Source: an uncultured Hormoscilla sp. (GTDB taxonomy: Bacteria > Cyanobacteriota > Cyanobacteriia > Cyanobacteriales > Desertifilaceae). Taken from it: a DNA stretch of 64,000 nucleotides. The notes below the pieces were generated by a model. That model worked only from the letters and a program-made list of their open reading frames with translations. It ran no database searches and was not told where the DNA came from. The stretch covers positions 6,464,001 to 6,528,000 of the forward strand of contig OZ001293.3 in assembly GCA_963921275.4 (NCBI GenBank). Reading direction: 5' to 3'. Position 1 is the stretch's first letter, and each line of letters opens with the position of its first letter. Positions 34,064 to 45,475 of this stretch are shown here, in pieces. A program made the position numbers and the translations under genes.

Positions 34064-35770
34064 ATGAAAGAACAGATGCACAAACATAAAAGTGGTCGCT
34101 TCAGTGATATTTGTCTATCAAGGAAAAAATTTGTCTTGAAATTAGCAGGTACGATGCTGATATCATTTGGCTGGGTGTCAATGGCAGGGTCTCCCTCCTG
34201 GGGACAAAGTGCTCTTGTGGATATCGAACTTCAGATCGGAGTGGTGCAGCGGTTTGGGAGTAAAGCAAATGACAGCTTAACGGTAAAAGCGACTTCAGGG
34301 GAGAAGCTAGCGTTACGCTATCAGACAATAGAAGGAGAAGCGATCGTCCATACCGAAAGCGTCAAGCTACAGGTAGGGATGCGTCCCTTACCAGAACCAA
34401 TACTACAGGAACGGGTGGTGTTAAGCAGCCATCGCAGCTTCGAGAGCGCCGAACAAAGTGCTCGTCAGTGGCGTGCCAGGGGAATTGAGACGGAGATTGC
34501 TCATCCTGATAGGTGGCAGGTGTGGGCAAAACGCTCGGTTTATCACACTCCCTTACTACGACGCCTGCTGCTGAAAAGTCTGAAAGCGAATGGCGACGAC
34601 ACCTCTTACCTGGAAACGAAAGTCCTGCGCCAGTTTCCCCAAGCATTTTGGATCCTGGATGGCTACCACTACAACCGGCACCAGCTGGATATTATCAGTG
34701 GCAAAGATTTAATTCAGGTAAGTAGAGAACTCGACGGACAGTCCACCAAGCACCTTTACGGGGGCAGTCTGCGACTCCAGCTGAACGCTTACGGGTCCTA
34801 TACTTTAGTCAATAAAGTGCCTCTAGAGACCTATCTACGAGGCGTTGTTCCTCACGAAATTGGAGCCGAAGCACCAGAGGCAGCCCTGAAAGCCCAGGCA
34901 ATTTTGGCCAGAACTTATGTCCTGCGGAATTTACGGAGATTTGCCATCGATGACTATCAACTTTGTGCCACTCCTGAATGCCAGGTGTATAAGGGATTGG
35001 CCCAAACATATCGGGCTGTAGACAAGGCGATCGCCGCCACCAAGGGTCTGGTGCTAACCTACAACAACGAGCTAGTTGACGCTCTGTATTCTTCTACCAC
35101 CGGCGGCATTACAGCCCCTTACAGCGACCTGTGGGATGGACTGGAGCGACCTTATCTAACAGCGGTGGTGGATTCTGTGGGCAATGTGTGGGATTTGGAC
35201 AACAAAAGCTTGGCATCGGAAAGCAACTTCCGCAGCTTCATCAACCTGAAGAAGGGATTTAACGAAGAGGACTGGGATTGGTTTCGCTGGCGGTACGAAA
35301 CTAGCTTGTCAGATATGACCGAGTTTCTCCAGAAATATCTCAAGGGGCGCAAGCATCCCCAGGCTGGCTTTCAGAAGATTCACTGGGTAAAGGTAGTAGA
35401 GCGATCGCCCGCTGGCAGAGTGCTGAAAATGGAGGTGCAAACGGATAAGGGCAGAATAGAAATTGAAAAGGATCAGATTCGCAATGCCTTTTGGGCTCCC
35501 ATCAGCACCCTATTTTACATCGAGCCTCTTTACAGAGACGATCGCACCCTGAGGGGTTATGCCTTTGTCGGCGGTGGCTTTGGACATGGAGTGGGCATGT
35601 CTCAAGCTGGATCCCATAGATTGGGTAAGCTGGGTTGGTCAAGTGAGCGTATTCTCGGCTTCTACTTTCCCGGTACCCATATCCAGCAGATCCACGAAGA
35701 GATTATCTTTTGGCAGCATCCCCCATCAACCAATGCTTCAGCATCCTCTGAACTGGCATGGCTTGTCTAA
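34064..35770 (+). CDS. SpoIID/LytB domain protein
   Basis: VPLETYLRGVVPHEI..ALKAQAILARTY, CQVY.G, GGGFGHGVGMSQ. Confidence 0.93.
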   Translation: MKEQMHKHKSGRFSDICLSRKKFVLKLAGTMLISFGWVSMAGSPSWGQSALVDIELQIGVVQRFGSKANDSLTVKATSGEKLALRYQTIEGEAIVHTESVKLQVGMRPLPEPILQERVVLSSHRSFESAEQSARQWRARGIETEIAHPDRWQVWAKRSVYHTPLLRRLLLKSLKANGDDTSYLETKVLRQFPQAFWILDGYHYNRHQLDIISGKDLIQVSRELDGQSTKHLYGGSLRLQLNAYGSYTLVNKVPLETYLRGVVPHEIGAEAPEAALKAQAILARTYVLRNLRRFAIDDYQLCATPECQVYKGLAQTYRAVDKAIAATKGLVLTYNNELVDALYSSTTGGITAPYSDLWDGLERPYLTAVVDSVGNVWDLDNKSLASESNFRSFINLKKGFNEEDWDWFRWRYETSLSDMTEFLQKYLKGRKHPQAGFQKIHWVKVVERSPAGRVLKMEVQTDKGRIEIEKDQIRNAFWAPISTLFYIEPLYRDDRTLRGYAFVGGGFGHGVGMSQAGSHRLGKLGWSSERILGFYFPGTHIQQIHEEIIFWQHPPSTNASASSELAWLV

Positions 35771-35884
35771 CTTGTATCAGAGGAATCTTGTTAGTGGTTA
35801 TCTTTGTAAACAACCACTAACAACTGCTCCCTCCCACTCCCTCCCACTCCCTCCCACTCCCTCCCACCAGCGCTATCGCTAGTT

Positions 35885-36184
35885 TTAGTACAGCTCTTCT
35901 TCTTTATGGGTTTCGATCGTGCAGTCTGAAGTCGCGTAAGCCACGCAAGTCAGGACATACCCGTTGGCTGTCTGATCGTCATCCAGGAAGAACTGATCGG
36001 ACTGATCGATTGAGCCCTCTATAAGTTTGCCAGCACAGGTCGAGCAAGCACCGGCGCGGCAGGGGTAGGGGAGTTCAAGTCCCTGATCCTCAGCCTTATC
36101 CAGAATGTACTTATCATCGGGAACCTCAATCGTCTGGTCTAGACCTTCATCCTTGTCGATCAGTCTTACCTTGTAAGTTGCCAT
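35885..36184 (-). CDS. petF: plant-type [2Fe-2S] ferredoxin
   Basis: [26 protein letters not shown] upstream. Confidence 0.93.
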   Translation of the reverse strand: MATYKVRLIDKDEGLDQTIEVPDDKYILDKAEDQGLELPYPCRAGACSTCAGKLIEGSIDQSDQFFLDDDQTANGYVLTCVAYATSDCTIETHKEEELY

Positions 36185-36234
36185 ATCGCATTCCTCTCAA
36201 ACATTCTTTCACTAGGTTCATAATATTTACTTAT

Positions 36235-37167
36235 GGTCGGGGTCGAGCTGGGAATCACTTCCCAACCCTCCAAGAGCGAAACCGGACTTGCGACTTTCAC
36301 CGCTGGGGCTTGTCCTTAGGCATATCATCATCAATAATTAGGTCACCCCGTTTCCCCTTACCCTCTGTAATTTTACCCCTTATGGTCAATCCTATTGGAC
36401 CGTTAATGATTTCAGCTCCGGAAGGTTCGCGGAGGGTAGTTCAGCAAACCGGTCTAACCGCTCTTTACTAACATTTCCCCATTCCTGATTTATCGGGGCT
36501 CTGAACTTTACCCGGCTGAGACTCTAGTCCATATTCATACTTTTGGATTTCTCCTAAGTTTTGCGACATATTAGGGCTACTTTCACCAAAGGCTTCTTAC
36601 CATATCCGTCCGACGTCAGCTTATCCACGGGCATTACCCCGGGCATTTGCTTCTTAGGACATCCTTCCCCTCGTGGCTTGCGCTATGCGCTCCGCGCACG
36701 CTACGCGCACGTACATCTAACTGGTTCGGCCCCGTTGAGCCAAACAGCACACGAGAGGTTACTTCGTTCCCTGGTATCATTTCCCGATGCTTTTAGGCCC
36801 CTGCTATACCCCGGGAGCTATTCGAGTGCGATGCTAGTAAGCAAATACTACCAACACTAACTACCATTTCCCTTTTGGGCCAGCGTATAAGCCTTATTCC
36901 GCTGGTTCTTATTAACGAGGCTTTCACAGGTTCGCTTGTTCTAACCATGAGCATCTTTCCTAGCGGTGTCACTGGCTTAGGCTGCCAGCTACCCTACATT
37001 TAAGTCCTAGCGGAGCACCACGACGATGTCACTCCGCAGCACTAAGGACCGGCGTTACCCCCACACCTGGGGAGAGAGAATTTAACCCCCATGATATCCA
37101 GAGTTATCTGGCAGATGGAACCAGTCAGACTTTCACCGTTACCGGTTTACGCCTGAACGAATCGCAC
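36235..37167 (-). mobile_element. ORF-less group II intron, divergent copy with damaged domain V
   Basis: 5' GTGCGATTCGTT; colinear with the other two copies; DV/DVI-like 3' end ...GCTCGACCCCGACC. Confidence 0.88.
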
Positions 37168-37392
37168 ATGAACTATTAAGTCTTATCAGCTTAACAGTTT
37201 GTAACTCGGTTAGCTCCATCTCTGATATTACGGGAAAATTTCGGGCTTGTTACAGTTTTTTACAGAGCTATTGAATATAATTTATTATAAGTTCTGCTTA
37301 TTATATCCTGATTGCTTATATCTGTTTGCGATGAGCAGGACATGATAAGAGTAAAGGTTGTGGTTGAGGTTGTGTTACCGCCGGTGAATAAC

Positions 37393-38418
37393 ATGCATGG
37401 GACCGTGACTCTCAGAGTTGGGATAGTTGGGACTGGTTATGCTGCCAAGATGCGGGCGCAAACCTTGCAAGCCGATCCACGCTCAGATTTGGTTACTGTT
37501 GCCGGTCACTCTCTGGAGAAAACCCAGGAATTCGCTCTTAACTATGGGGCTGAGGCGTTAAGCAACTGGCAGGATCTGGTAAATCGTTCCGATTTGGATC
37601 TAGCGTGCGTCTGTACAGTGAATCGAGATCATGGTGTCATAACTCGTGCGGCACTCAACAGCGGTAAGCATGTGGTGGTAGAATATCCCCTTTGCTTAGA
37701 TGCAACCGAAGCTGAAGAACTGATCGCTTTGGCTGCTGCTGGTGGTAAGCTGCTGCATGTGGAGCATATTGAACTTCTCGGTGGCTTGCATCAGGCTTTT
37801 AAGCAGTCATTACCGGCAATTGGTGACCCCTTTTATCTTCGCTACGCCACGATCGTCCCTAAAAGACCGGTGTCCCCTGGGATCGCTACTCGCACTACCC
37901 AGAGGACACCGCCAGCTCATTCGGGCTGGAAATATAACCGAAAGCTGTTCGGTTTTCCCCTGACTGCTGCTCTCTCCCGTCTGCACCGACTTACGGATGC
38001 CTTGGGTACAGTCGCTACCGTCAGCTGTCAAGTCCGATATTGGCCAGTAAAAGAAGATGACTATAGCGCTTGTCTATGTACTGCGCAGTTGCGGTTTGCT
38101 AATGGGGCGATCGCCGACGTGCTCTATGGTAAAGGAGAAACCTTCTGGCAGGCTGAACGGAAACTAGAAGTTCATGGAGACCAAGGAACGCTGATCTTCG
38201 ATGGCGGCGATCGGGGTTTTCTGGTGCGAGGAGAGGAAACGACACCCATAGAAGTTGCCAGTCGCCAGGGTCTATTTGCTAAAGATACTGGCATGGTGTT
38301 AGATCATTTAATCGCAGGAACGCCATTATACTTGTTTCCGGAGGCTAGTTTATACAGTCTGAAAATTGCCAATGCCGCTCAGCTCTCAGCCGCTACAGGA
38401 CAGATTGTCAATTGTTAA
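37393..38418 (+). CDS. bvdR: biliverdin reductase (Gfo/Idh/MocA family) with a 15-aa in-frame insertion
   Basis: VGIVGTGYAA, GKHVVVEYPL, LLHVEHIELLGG and FGFPL.AALSR as in cyanobacterial BvdR; start uncertain. Confidence 0.85.
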   Translation: MHGTVTLRVGIVGTGYAAKMRAQTLQADPRSDLVTVAGHSLEKTQEFALNYGAEALSNWQDLVNRSDLDLACVCTVNRDHGVITRAALNSGKHVVVEYPLCLDATEAEELIALAAAGGKLLHVEHIELLGGLHQAFKQSLPAIGDPFYLRYATIVPKRPVSPGIATRTTQRTPPAHSGWKYNRKLFGFPLTAALSRLHRLTDALGTVATVSCQVRYWPVKEDDYSACLCTAQLRFANGAIADVLYGKGETFWQAERKLEVHGDQGTLIFDGGDRGFLVRGEETTPIEVASRQGLFAKDTGMVLDHLIAGTPLYLFPEASLYSLKIANAAQLSAATGQIVNC

Positions 38419-38504
38419 TTGTTAATTGAGCAATTGCCCCAATAAAACTTTACCTATTACTAATAACTGATATGGTGGGCAATGCCCACCCTACTAACTG
38501 ACAA

Positions 38505-39767
38505 TTATCGTCCTAATTTATTAGGAATTCCTTGACAGCCTCCAGGAATAGTAGCGAGCGATCGCTCGCCGCACCAGGCACAACAATAGTAACGCTGTTC
38601 TTCAGATAACCCTTTGACACCAGTGAAGTCAGCTTTTTCCACTACAGCGCCAGTATATTCGCCAGTGGAGTAGTTAGGAGGGTGATTTTGATCCCGGGGG
38701 GTGGCTGTTTCCGGCGAGCCGTAGAATAAACGGGTTCCCCTGAGGTCAGCACCTATGAGATCCGCCTCGTACAATACAGTGCGAGAGAGATTAGCCTTGA
38801 CCAAATCGCAGTGTTCCAGATTGGTTCTGACTAGATAAGCTTCGCTCAAATCTGTCCAGCGCAAGTCGGTTCCCGCTAGGTTTGTCCCCGCCAGAATCAC
38901 CCCTAAATCTATCACCCGGACGCCGTTGGTCCGATCTTCCTGATAACCGCCCTTACCATCAAAGATAGGGCGTCCCAAATGGTAATCTCGTCTCAGGGGA
39001 GTGAGGAGATTGGACTGGGACAAAAACCGCAAGACTTTGGCTTTGCCCTGGGCGTCTACGCTGCTGAGAATGGCAGCGGTGCGGCCTTCTGCGAAGGCTC
39101 TTTCTTGAGGCCAATCTTCTAGCATCCCTTCATCATCTAATGCTAGATCCGAGACACCTTGGAAATAAGCGTCAATTGTTTGCTGCTGAGTGATGATGTT
39201 TTGCTGAATTGTTAAGTCTCTGGAAATGACGTATTGACGCCAAGAGATATAAACTGCTAGGATGGCGATCATGATTTGCCCCAAGGCCCCTACCCAATCT
39301 GCCCATGAGCCAAATTCATCCCATTTAGTCTGGTTGAGCCAATGGCCAATGCGTTGGTAAACACCGATAAATTTGAATAACCCTCCTAGGGCTGCTGAAA
39401 AGCCAATTAATCCTAACAGTTGGGTACCCTGTTGTGGCGATAAATCTCCTAGCAAGTATTGTATAAAAGGCCAAATCAGCCGCAATGACACTAGCAGGGC
39501 AACAAGGGTTCCCGATATGCCAATCCAAAAGCTATTGGTGATTATTCCTACGAACATAACGGCGATCGCCACCACTGTCACCCAGCTAGCTGATGGGTTG
39601 GCTTCTGTCTGGCTAGCGATAGTCCCTCTAGTGGTTTGATGTTCCGAAGGCAGTGTAGACAGGTGCTGTTCTGCGTGGCTTGGCCGTGGTCGCCTCAGGG
39701 CCCTAATGTTATATTTTTCTTCCTCTATGGGAGAGATGGGGGACATTTTATTTGACTCTAGGTTCAT
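38505..39767 (-). CDS. membrane-anchored pentapeptide repeat protein
   Basis: transmembrane helices, QQTIDAYFQG, pentapeptide block, YCCAWCG..TIPGGC tail. Confidence 0.9.
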   Translation of the reverse strand: MNLESNKMSPISPIEEEKYNIRALRRPRPSHAEQHLSTLPSEHQTTRGTIASQTEANPSASWVTVVAIAVMFVGIITNSFWIGISGTLVALLVSLRLIWPFIQYLLGDLSPQQGTQLLGLIGFSAALGGLFKFIGVYQRIGHWLNQTKWDEFGSWADWVGALGQIMIAILAVYISWRQYVISRDLTIQQNIITQQQTIDAYFQGVSDLALDDEGMLEDWPQERAFAEGRTAAILSSVDAQGKAKVLRFLSQSNLLTPLRRDYHLGRPIFDGKGGYQEDRTNGVRVIDLGVILAGTNLAGTDLRWTDLSEAYLVRTNLEHCDLVKANLSRTVLYEADLIGADLRGTRLFYGSPETATPRDQNHPPNYSTGEYTGAVVEKADFTGVKGLSEEQRYYCCAWCGERSLATIPGGCQGIPNKLGR

Positions 39768-40023
39768 TCTGTGTTATAATGATTATATCTCAATGCAATC
39801 AAATTGTAGCTAAACCTGTATAGTGACAGCAATTTACTAGCTCAGGACAATTATAGTCAGCGAGCAGTGGGTATTAGGCCCAAGTTGTCAGTGATTTAAA
39901 CCAGGTGTAGAGGCGACTATAGTCACCAGCGTTTACAGTCACCAGAGTTTAAGGATATAATAGTCATTGCTGCTACAAGATAAATGATAAAATTTGGGAT
40001 AAAAGACTCTGAGAGTAGGAAAG

Positions 40024-41187
40024 ATGGAGACAGCTAAACAAGACACAATCAAGATTGTTGATGATAATCAGACTAATATCAAAATACTGTTCAGTATTTT
40101 GAAGGAGTTCGGGTTTAAGGTATTAGTGGCTAAAGATGGCGAAAGTGCGCTGTCTAAGCTGGAAGAAGTATTGCCATATCTCATCTTGTTGGATGTGCAG
40201 ACGCCGGGTATAGATGGGTTTGAAACCTGCCGCCGCTTGAAAAATTATGCCAGAACAAAAGATATCCCTGTGATTTTTATGACGGCTCTTTCTGACACGC
40301 AGGATAAAGTCAAAGGGTTGACCCTAGGGGTAGTTGATTATATCACCAAACCCTTTCAACATCAAGAAGTTTTAGCGGGGATCAATATCCACCTGCGGAT
40401 GCGGAATTTGACTAAGCAACTCCAGGAACAAAATGTACTTCTGCAAAATTAACGTCGGAGTTAGAAGAACGGGTATCTTCAAGAACGGCTGAACTTAGGG
40501 AATCTTTGGAAAAACTCCAGCAGGCTCAAATCCAACTGGTTCAAAGTGAAAAAATGTCGTCTCTTGGTGAATTGGTGGCAGGTGTGGCTCATGAAATTAA
40601 TAATCCGGTTAGCTTCATTGCTGGTAATGTGAGCTTGGCGTCGGAATATACTGAGCAGATTTTCGAGCACTTGCAACTATATCAGGAGAAATTTTCCGAT
40701 CCGGGAGCATAAATTGAACAGCATGCGGAAGATATTGATATATCTTACTTGCTGGAAGATTTGCCGAAAATGCTGACTTCAATGAACGTAGGAGTCGATC
40801 GCATCCGCCAGATCAGCGTGTCTTTGCGGAGTTTTTCTCGCATGGATAACACCTCCAAGACACAGGTTAATATTCATGAAGGGTTAGATAGTACGCTGAT
40901 GATTTTACAGCATCGCATCAAGGCTAACGATCATCGTCCCGATATTGAGGTGATTAAAGAATATGGCGATTTGCCTCTGGTGAATTGCTATCCCAGTCCT
41001 TTGAATCAGGTGTTTATGAATTTGCTAGCTAATGCTATTGATGCTTTGGATGAAGATAATCTGAACGGGGACTGGCTTGGGTTTGTCTATTTGTCATGAT
41101 ATAATAAAGAAAAAGCATGGGGGATCGCTGCTATGTAATTCAAAAATTGGTGAAGGGACTGAGTTTGTCATCAGGATTCCTCAATAG
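40024..41187 (+). pseudogene. hybrid response regulator-histidine kinase, fragmented
   Basis: REC, H-box and partial HATPase segments separated by stops and deletions. Confidence 0.85.
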
Positions 41188-41314
41188 CAAGTGGTGGGCG
41201 GTGCCCGTAGTGGGCGATGCCCGTGGTGGGCGATGCCCTACGGACATATATGTGTCCTAAAGGTGCGATCGCCCGAATCATTCATGCTAAAATAGCTTAT
41301 ATAAGAGGAGAGCA

Positions 41315-41533
41315 ATGGACATCGAATACACAATACAAATCTGGAAAGAAGACTCGCAATTTGTGGCCCACGCTATGCCAATAGATTTGATGAGTTCAGG
41401 TGAAACACCTGCAGCGGCAAGAATAGCCTTAAATGAGGCGGCTAATCTCTTTATAGCTGTTGCTACAGATATGGGCGGGAATAAATTCTCCCAGAAACTG
41501 GCTATTTGTTGGCTAATAAGTAATAAAATTTAA
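41315..41533 (+). pseudogene. HicB-like antitoxin, probably truncated or frameshifted
   Basis: YTIQIWKED..FVA......SSGETP..A...L.EA pattern. Confidence 0.6.
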
Positions 41534-41632
41534 CAATTAACATAGTTAAGGCGATCGCCCTATCCCACCAGCTGCACCGATGGTGATATGAGAGCGATCG
41601 CTCTATTGTCGTTTCTTAAGCGCAACTGTCAA

Positions 41633-41752
41633 CTAGAAAATACCAAGAAGGATGAAGAAGCTCAGCCCACACAAACCTAGGAAGGCGACAATCAGAATGT
41701 CGGCGATGCTGTGATCTTCTCGTGTTGTTGCTTTGGGTGTATTTTGAGCCAT
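41633..41752 (-). CDS. 39-aa small membrane protein
   Basis: MAQNTPKATTREDHSIADILIVAFLGLCGLSFFILLGIF; AGGAGA RBS; single transmembrane segment. Confidence 0.5.
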   Translation of the reverse strand: MAQNTPKATTREDHSIADILIVAFLGLCGLSFFILLGIF

Positions 41753-41971
41753 AGTTGTTCTCCTGCTTTAACTATGCTTCGATTCTAGAATGTCCTTGGT
41801 GTTGATTGGTCAGCTTTATTAGAGTTCTTGATAAATCTTCATCTGGCTTAAAACAACTTAGTTTTTATTCATCATTTACATATATTAAATATCTCGGCTC
41901 TGGGGGTATATTTAAGAATATTTTAACATTAGTTCGTTGTTGCGCCTGCACGCAACAACGAACCGGATTTC

Positions 41972-44842
41972 CTACGAGGTATAAGCGGACATGGGTAAGC
42001 AAGCACAGACAAAGTTGCGATCGCCAAAGGCATTATCGATCTGTCCGACAGCAGGCCAGAACTTATGTTCGCGCGTCCAAGGGGCGGGATAGGCCGCCCG
42101 ATCGCGAGGGTAGGGATGAGTCCATTCGGCAGCTATCAAAGCTTCTGCGGTATGGGGCGCATTCTTTAACAGATTATCCTCGGCATCCATCTTACCCAAC
42201 TCAATTTCTTCAATCTCGCCGCGAATGGCAATCATGGCATCGCAAAAGCGATCGAGTTCTGCTAAGGATTCGCTTTCGGTGGGTTCTACCATCATCGTTC
42301 CGGCCACTGGCCAGGAAACTGTCGGGGCGTGAAAACCATAGTCCATTAAGCGCTTGGCAATGTCGGACACTTCTATGCCGGCAGTCTTTTTGAGCGATCG
42401 CAAATCCAAAATGCACTCGTGGGCGACTTTCCCCGACTTCCCTTTGTACAAAATGGGATAGTAAGCATCCAAGCGACTGGCAATATAGTTAGCATTGAGA
42501 ATTGCTATCTTGGTGGCCTCAGTCAAACCGGCACTTCCCATCATGGCAATGTACATCCAAGAAATCGTGAGGATGCTGGCGCTACCCCAAGGTGCAGCGG
42601 AAACTGCCCCAATGCGTTGTTCGCCTTCCATCTGGACCACAGCATGTCCGGGGAGGAACGGCACTAAATGGGACTGCACTCCAATTGGTCCCATGCCAGG
42701 GCCGCCGCCTCCGTGGGGGATGCAGAAGGTCTTGTGCAAATTCAGGTGACAGACATCGGCCCCGATCTCTGCTGGACGACATAACCCTACTTGGGCATTT
42801 ATGTTAGCCCCGTCCATGTATACCTGCCCGCCGTGGCTGTGGACTACCTGGCAGATATCCTTAATCTGTTCCTCAAACACCCCGTGGGTGGAGGGATAAG
42901 TCACCATTAAGGCCGCAAGTTCATTGCTGTGCTTGGCAGCTTTTGCCTTCAGATCTTCTAGGTCGATGTTGCCATTCCCGTCGCAGGCGACTGGCACTAC
43001 CCTCATGGCGCACATCACTGCCGAGGCGGGGTTCGTCCCGTGGGCCGAGGTGGGAATTAGACAGATATGGCGATGGGCTTCACCCCGCTGTTGGTGGTAT
43101 TGGCGAATCACTAGCAAGCCTGCATATTCCCCCTGGGCACCGGCATTTGGCTGAAGGGAAATGCTAGCAAAACCCGTGATTTCAGCTAACCAGGCTTCCA
43201 GTTGCTGGCAGAGAATTTGGTAGCCTTGGGTTTGGGACTGGGGCGCGAAGGGATGAATCTTGCCAAATTCGGGCCAAGTTACTGGCATCATCTCTGCTGT
43301 TGCATTTAGCTTCATCGTGCAGGATCCCAGGGGAATCATTGATGTTGTCAGAGACAAATCTTTACTTTGTAGTCGATGCAGATAGCGCAACAACTCTGTT
43401 TCCGATCGATAGCGGTGAAAGACAGGATGAGTCAGATAGCTGCTAGTCCGGGCAAACTTTCCGTTCTGACTGTCGAGTTCTAACTCTTCTACAGTAAAGG
43501 GCAACTTTTCAGCACCTGCGAAAATCTGCCAGAGATCTAGCAAGTCTTGTTCCGTGGTAGTTTCATCCAGACTGATGCCTACAGTACGATCGTCTATTGT
43601 CCGCAGGTTAATCTGACGACTTGCGGCTGCTGCCAGAATTTCTGCGCTTAGTTTTGACCCCAACTCTACTCTCAGGGTATCGAAGAAAGGTTCTGAACCG
43701 ATCGCATATCCCAGTCGCTGTAGTCCTGCTGCTAGCTTGACTGTTAAACTATGTACTTTTTCGGCAATTTGCTTGAGTCCTTCGGGACCGTGATAGACAG
43801 CATACATGCTGGCGATCACCGCTAGCAATACCTGAGCAGTACAGATATTGCTAGTAGCTTTTTCTCGGCGGATATGTTGTTCGCGAGTTTGCAGGGCCAG
43901 ACGCAATGCGGGCTTGCCCTGGGCATCCTTAGATACCCCCACAATACGTCCTGGAACTTGCCGTTTATAAGCTGCACGGGTGGCAAAGTAAGCTGCATGG
44001 GGTCCCCCATATCCTAGGGGAACTCCGAAGCGCTGTGTGGTGCCGACCGCGATGTCAGCCCCAAATTCTCCTGGTGGCGTCAGTAGGGTGAGACTCAAGA
44101 TATCTGCTGCTGCTGTGACTAAAGCACCTGCGCTATGAACTTGTTCTACAAACTCTCGATAATCGTAAATTGCTCCATCGGTAGCAGGATATTGCAGCAA
44201 GGCCCCAAAAATGTCTGGTCGATCGCCTGTATTGAAGAAAGTCCGGCGATCGCCTATAATTATTTCTATTCCCAAAGGTCGAGATCGGGTTTGCACTACG
44301 TCGATCGTCTGGGGGTGGCAGTCAGCAGAGACAAAGAAAGCTTTTGCTTTAGTTTTACACAGGCCATAGCTCATGCTCATGGCTTCTGCGGCTGCCGTTC
44401 CCTCATCCAGTAAGGAAGCATTGGCAATTTCCATGCCAGTCAGATCCATTACCATTGTCTGGAAGTTGAGCAGGGCTTCCAGTCGCCCTTGAGCAATTTC
44501 TGGCTGATAGGGGGTGTAGGCTGTGTACCAGCCCGGGTTCTCTAAGATGTTCCGTTGGATTACAGGTGGGGTGATACAGTCGTGATAGCCCATGCCGATG
44601 TAGGAGCGAAATATCTGATTTTTAGAGGCGATCGCCTGCAACTGAGCCAGGGCCGCGTACTCACTCTGGGCTGGGGGTAACTGGAGGGGTTGCCGATACC
44701 GGATCGCCTGGGGTATAGTTTTATCAATCAGAGCATCGAGGCTTTCGGTTCCCAACAGTTCCAGCATTTGGGGGATATCATCTGCTGTGGGACCATTGTG
44801 CCGATGTACAAAAGAAACTTCATTAGGCATAGTCAGGCGCAC
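41972..44842 (-). CDS. gcvP: glycine dehydrogenase (decarboxylating), P protein
   Basis: [48 protein letters not shown]. Confidence 0.99.
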   Translation of the reverse strand: MRLTMPNEVSFVHRHNGPTADDIPQMLELLGTESLDALIDKTIPQAIRYRQPLQLPPAQSEYAALAQLQAIASKNQIFRSYIGMGYHDCITPPVIQRNILENPGWYTAYTPYQPEIAQGRLEALLNFQTMVMDLTGMEIANASLLDEGTAAAEAMSMSYGLCKTKAKAFFVSADCHPQTIDVVQTRSRPLGIEIIIGDRRTFFNTGDRPDIFGALLQYPATDGAIYDYREFVEQVHSAGALVTAAADILSLTLLTPPGEFGADIAVGTTQRFGVPLGYGGPHAAYFATRAAYKRQVPGRIVGVSKDAQGKPALRLALQTREQHIRREKATSNICTAQVLLAVIASMYAVYHGPEGLKQIAEKVHSLTVKLAAGLQRLGYAIGSEPFFDTLRVELGSKLSAEILAAAASRQINLRTIDDRTVGISLDETTTEQDLLDLWQIFAGAEKLPFTVEELELDSQNGKFARTSSYLTHPVFHRYRSETELLRYLHRLQSKDLSLTTSMIPLGSCTMKLNATAEMMPVTWPEFGKIHPFAPQSQTQGYQILCQQLEAWLAEITGFASISLQPNAGAQGEYAGLLVIRQYHQQRGEAHRHICLIPTSAHGTNPASAVMCAMRVVPVACDGNGNIDLEDLKAKAAKHSNELAALMVTYPSTHGVFEEQIKDICQVVHSHGGQVYMDGANINAQVGLCRPAEIGADVCHLNLHKTFCIPHGGGGPGMGPIGVQSHLVPFLPGHAVVQMEGEQRIGAVSAAPWGSASILTISWMYIAMMGSAGLTEATKIAILNANYIASRLDAYYPILYKGKSGKVAHECILDLRSLKKTAGIEVSDIAKRLMDYGFHAPTVSWPVAGTMMVEPTESESLAELDRFCDAMIAIRGEIEEIELGKMDAEDNLLKNAPHTAEALIAAEWTHPYPRDRAAYPAPWTREHKFWPAVGQIDNAFGDRNFVCACLPMSAYTS

Positions 44843-45312
44843 TCAAAGAACAGCTTTAGTGTCTCGCCGGTTACATAACTGGCGCAAGCACTTATTCTTT
44901 TGTAACAAAACTTGAGCAGTCCTGGTGATGCGTCCGGCGTAGTCTCGCCTGTCCGGGGGCGTCCGGCGTAGTCTCGCCTGCCCGGAGGTTGCCATTCGCC
45001 CCCTCGAACCACCGGTTGGGAGGCAATGCCGCTCGTGTAGGGTGTAGCCATGCGATATTATCTTGCCACAGGCAACCACCGGTATTATACAAAGCTCGAT
45101 TACCGCTAGTGGGCGATCGGCTAATCTTGGGATATGGGGTCAGAATAAATTTTCTTCTCAAGTGACTATAGATCACAGCAAAACATTTTTAATGGAGTTA
45201 TAAAGATGAAAGACAAAAAAACATAGCTGAGTAATGCAAATGGAGAGTGCCTCCGCACTATAATGCTCCAGAAAAAAGACATAGGCAAGGCTATTTGGAT
45301 ATAAGCTATTGA

Positions 45313-45431
45313 TAAGCTGTGATGTATTTAAATTGCATAGTAAAAAATGGCCATTATGGCGCTCAACGCTTATGGGTCGAGGGTTGCCACGATTTTATCG
45401 GAAGCCCGAAGATGCGATGCGCGACAGCTTA
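45313..45431. mobile_element. MITE with TAAGCTGT...ACAGCTTA ends
   Basis: 8-bp perfect inverted ends plus imperfect extension; no ORF. Confidence 0.55.
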
Positions 45432-45475
45432 TTAACACGAGGAGCAAATATTCTCTAATCTGACAATTATTTATC

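Noticed and set aside
41806..42393. 195-aa plus-strand ORF
   Set aside because: It is mostly antisense to gcvP and has no recognisable motifs.
44850..45100. glycine riboswitch upstream of gcvP (also sought upstream of gcvT)
   Set aside because: No aptamer consensus is recognisable; the region consists of short dispersed repeats (GCGAGACTACGCCGGACGC x2).
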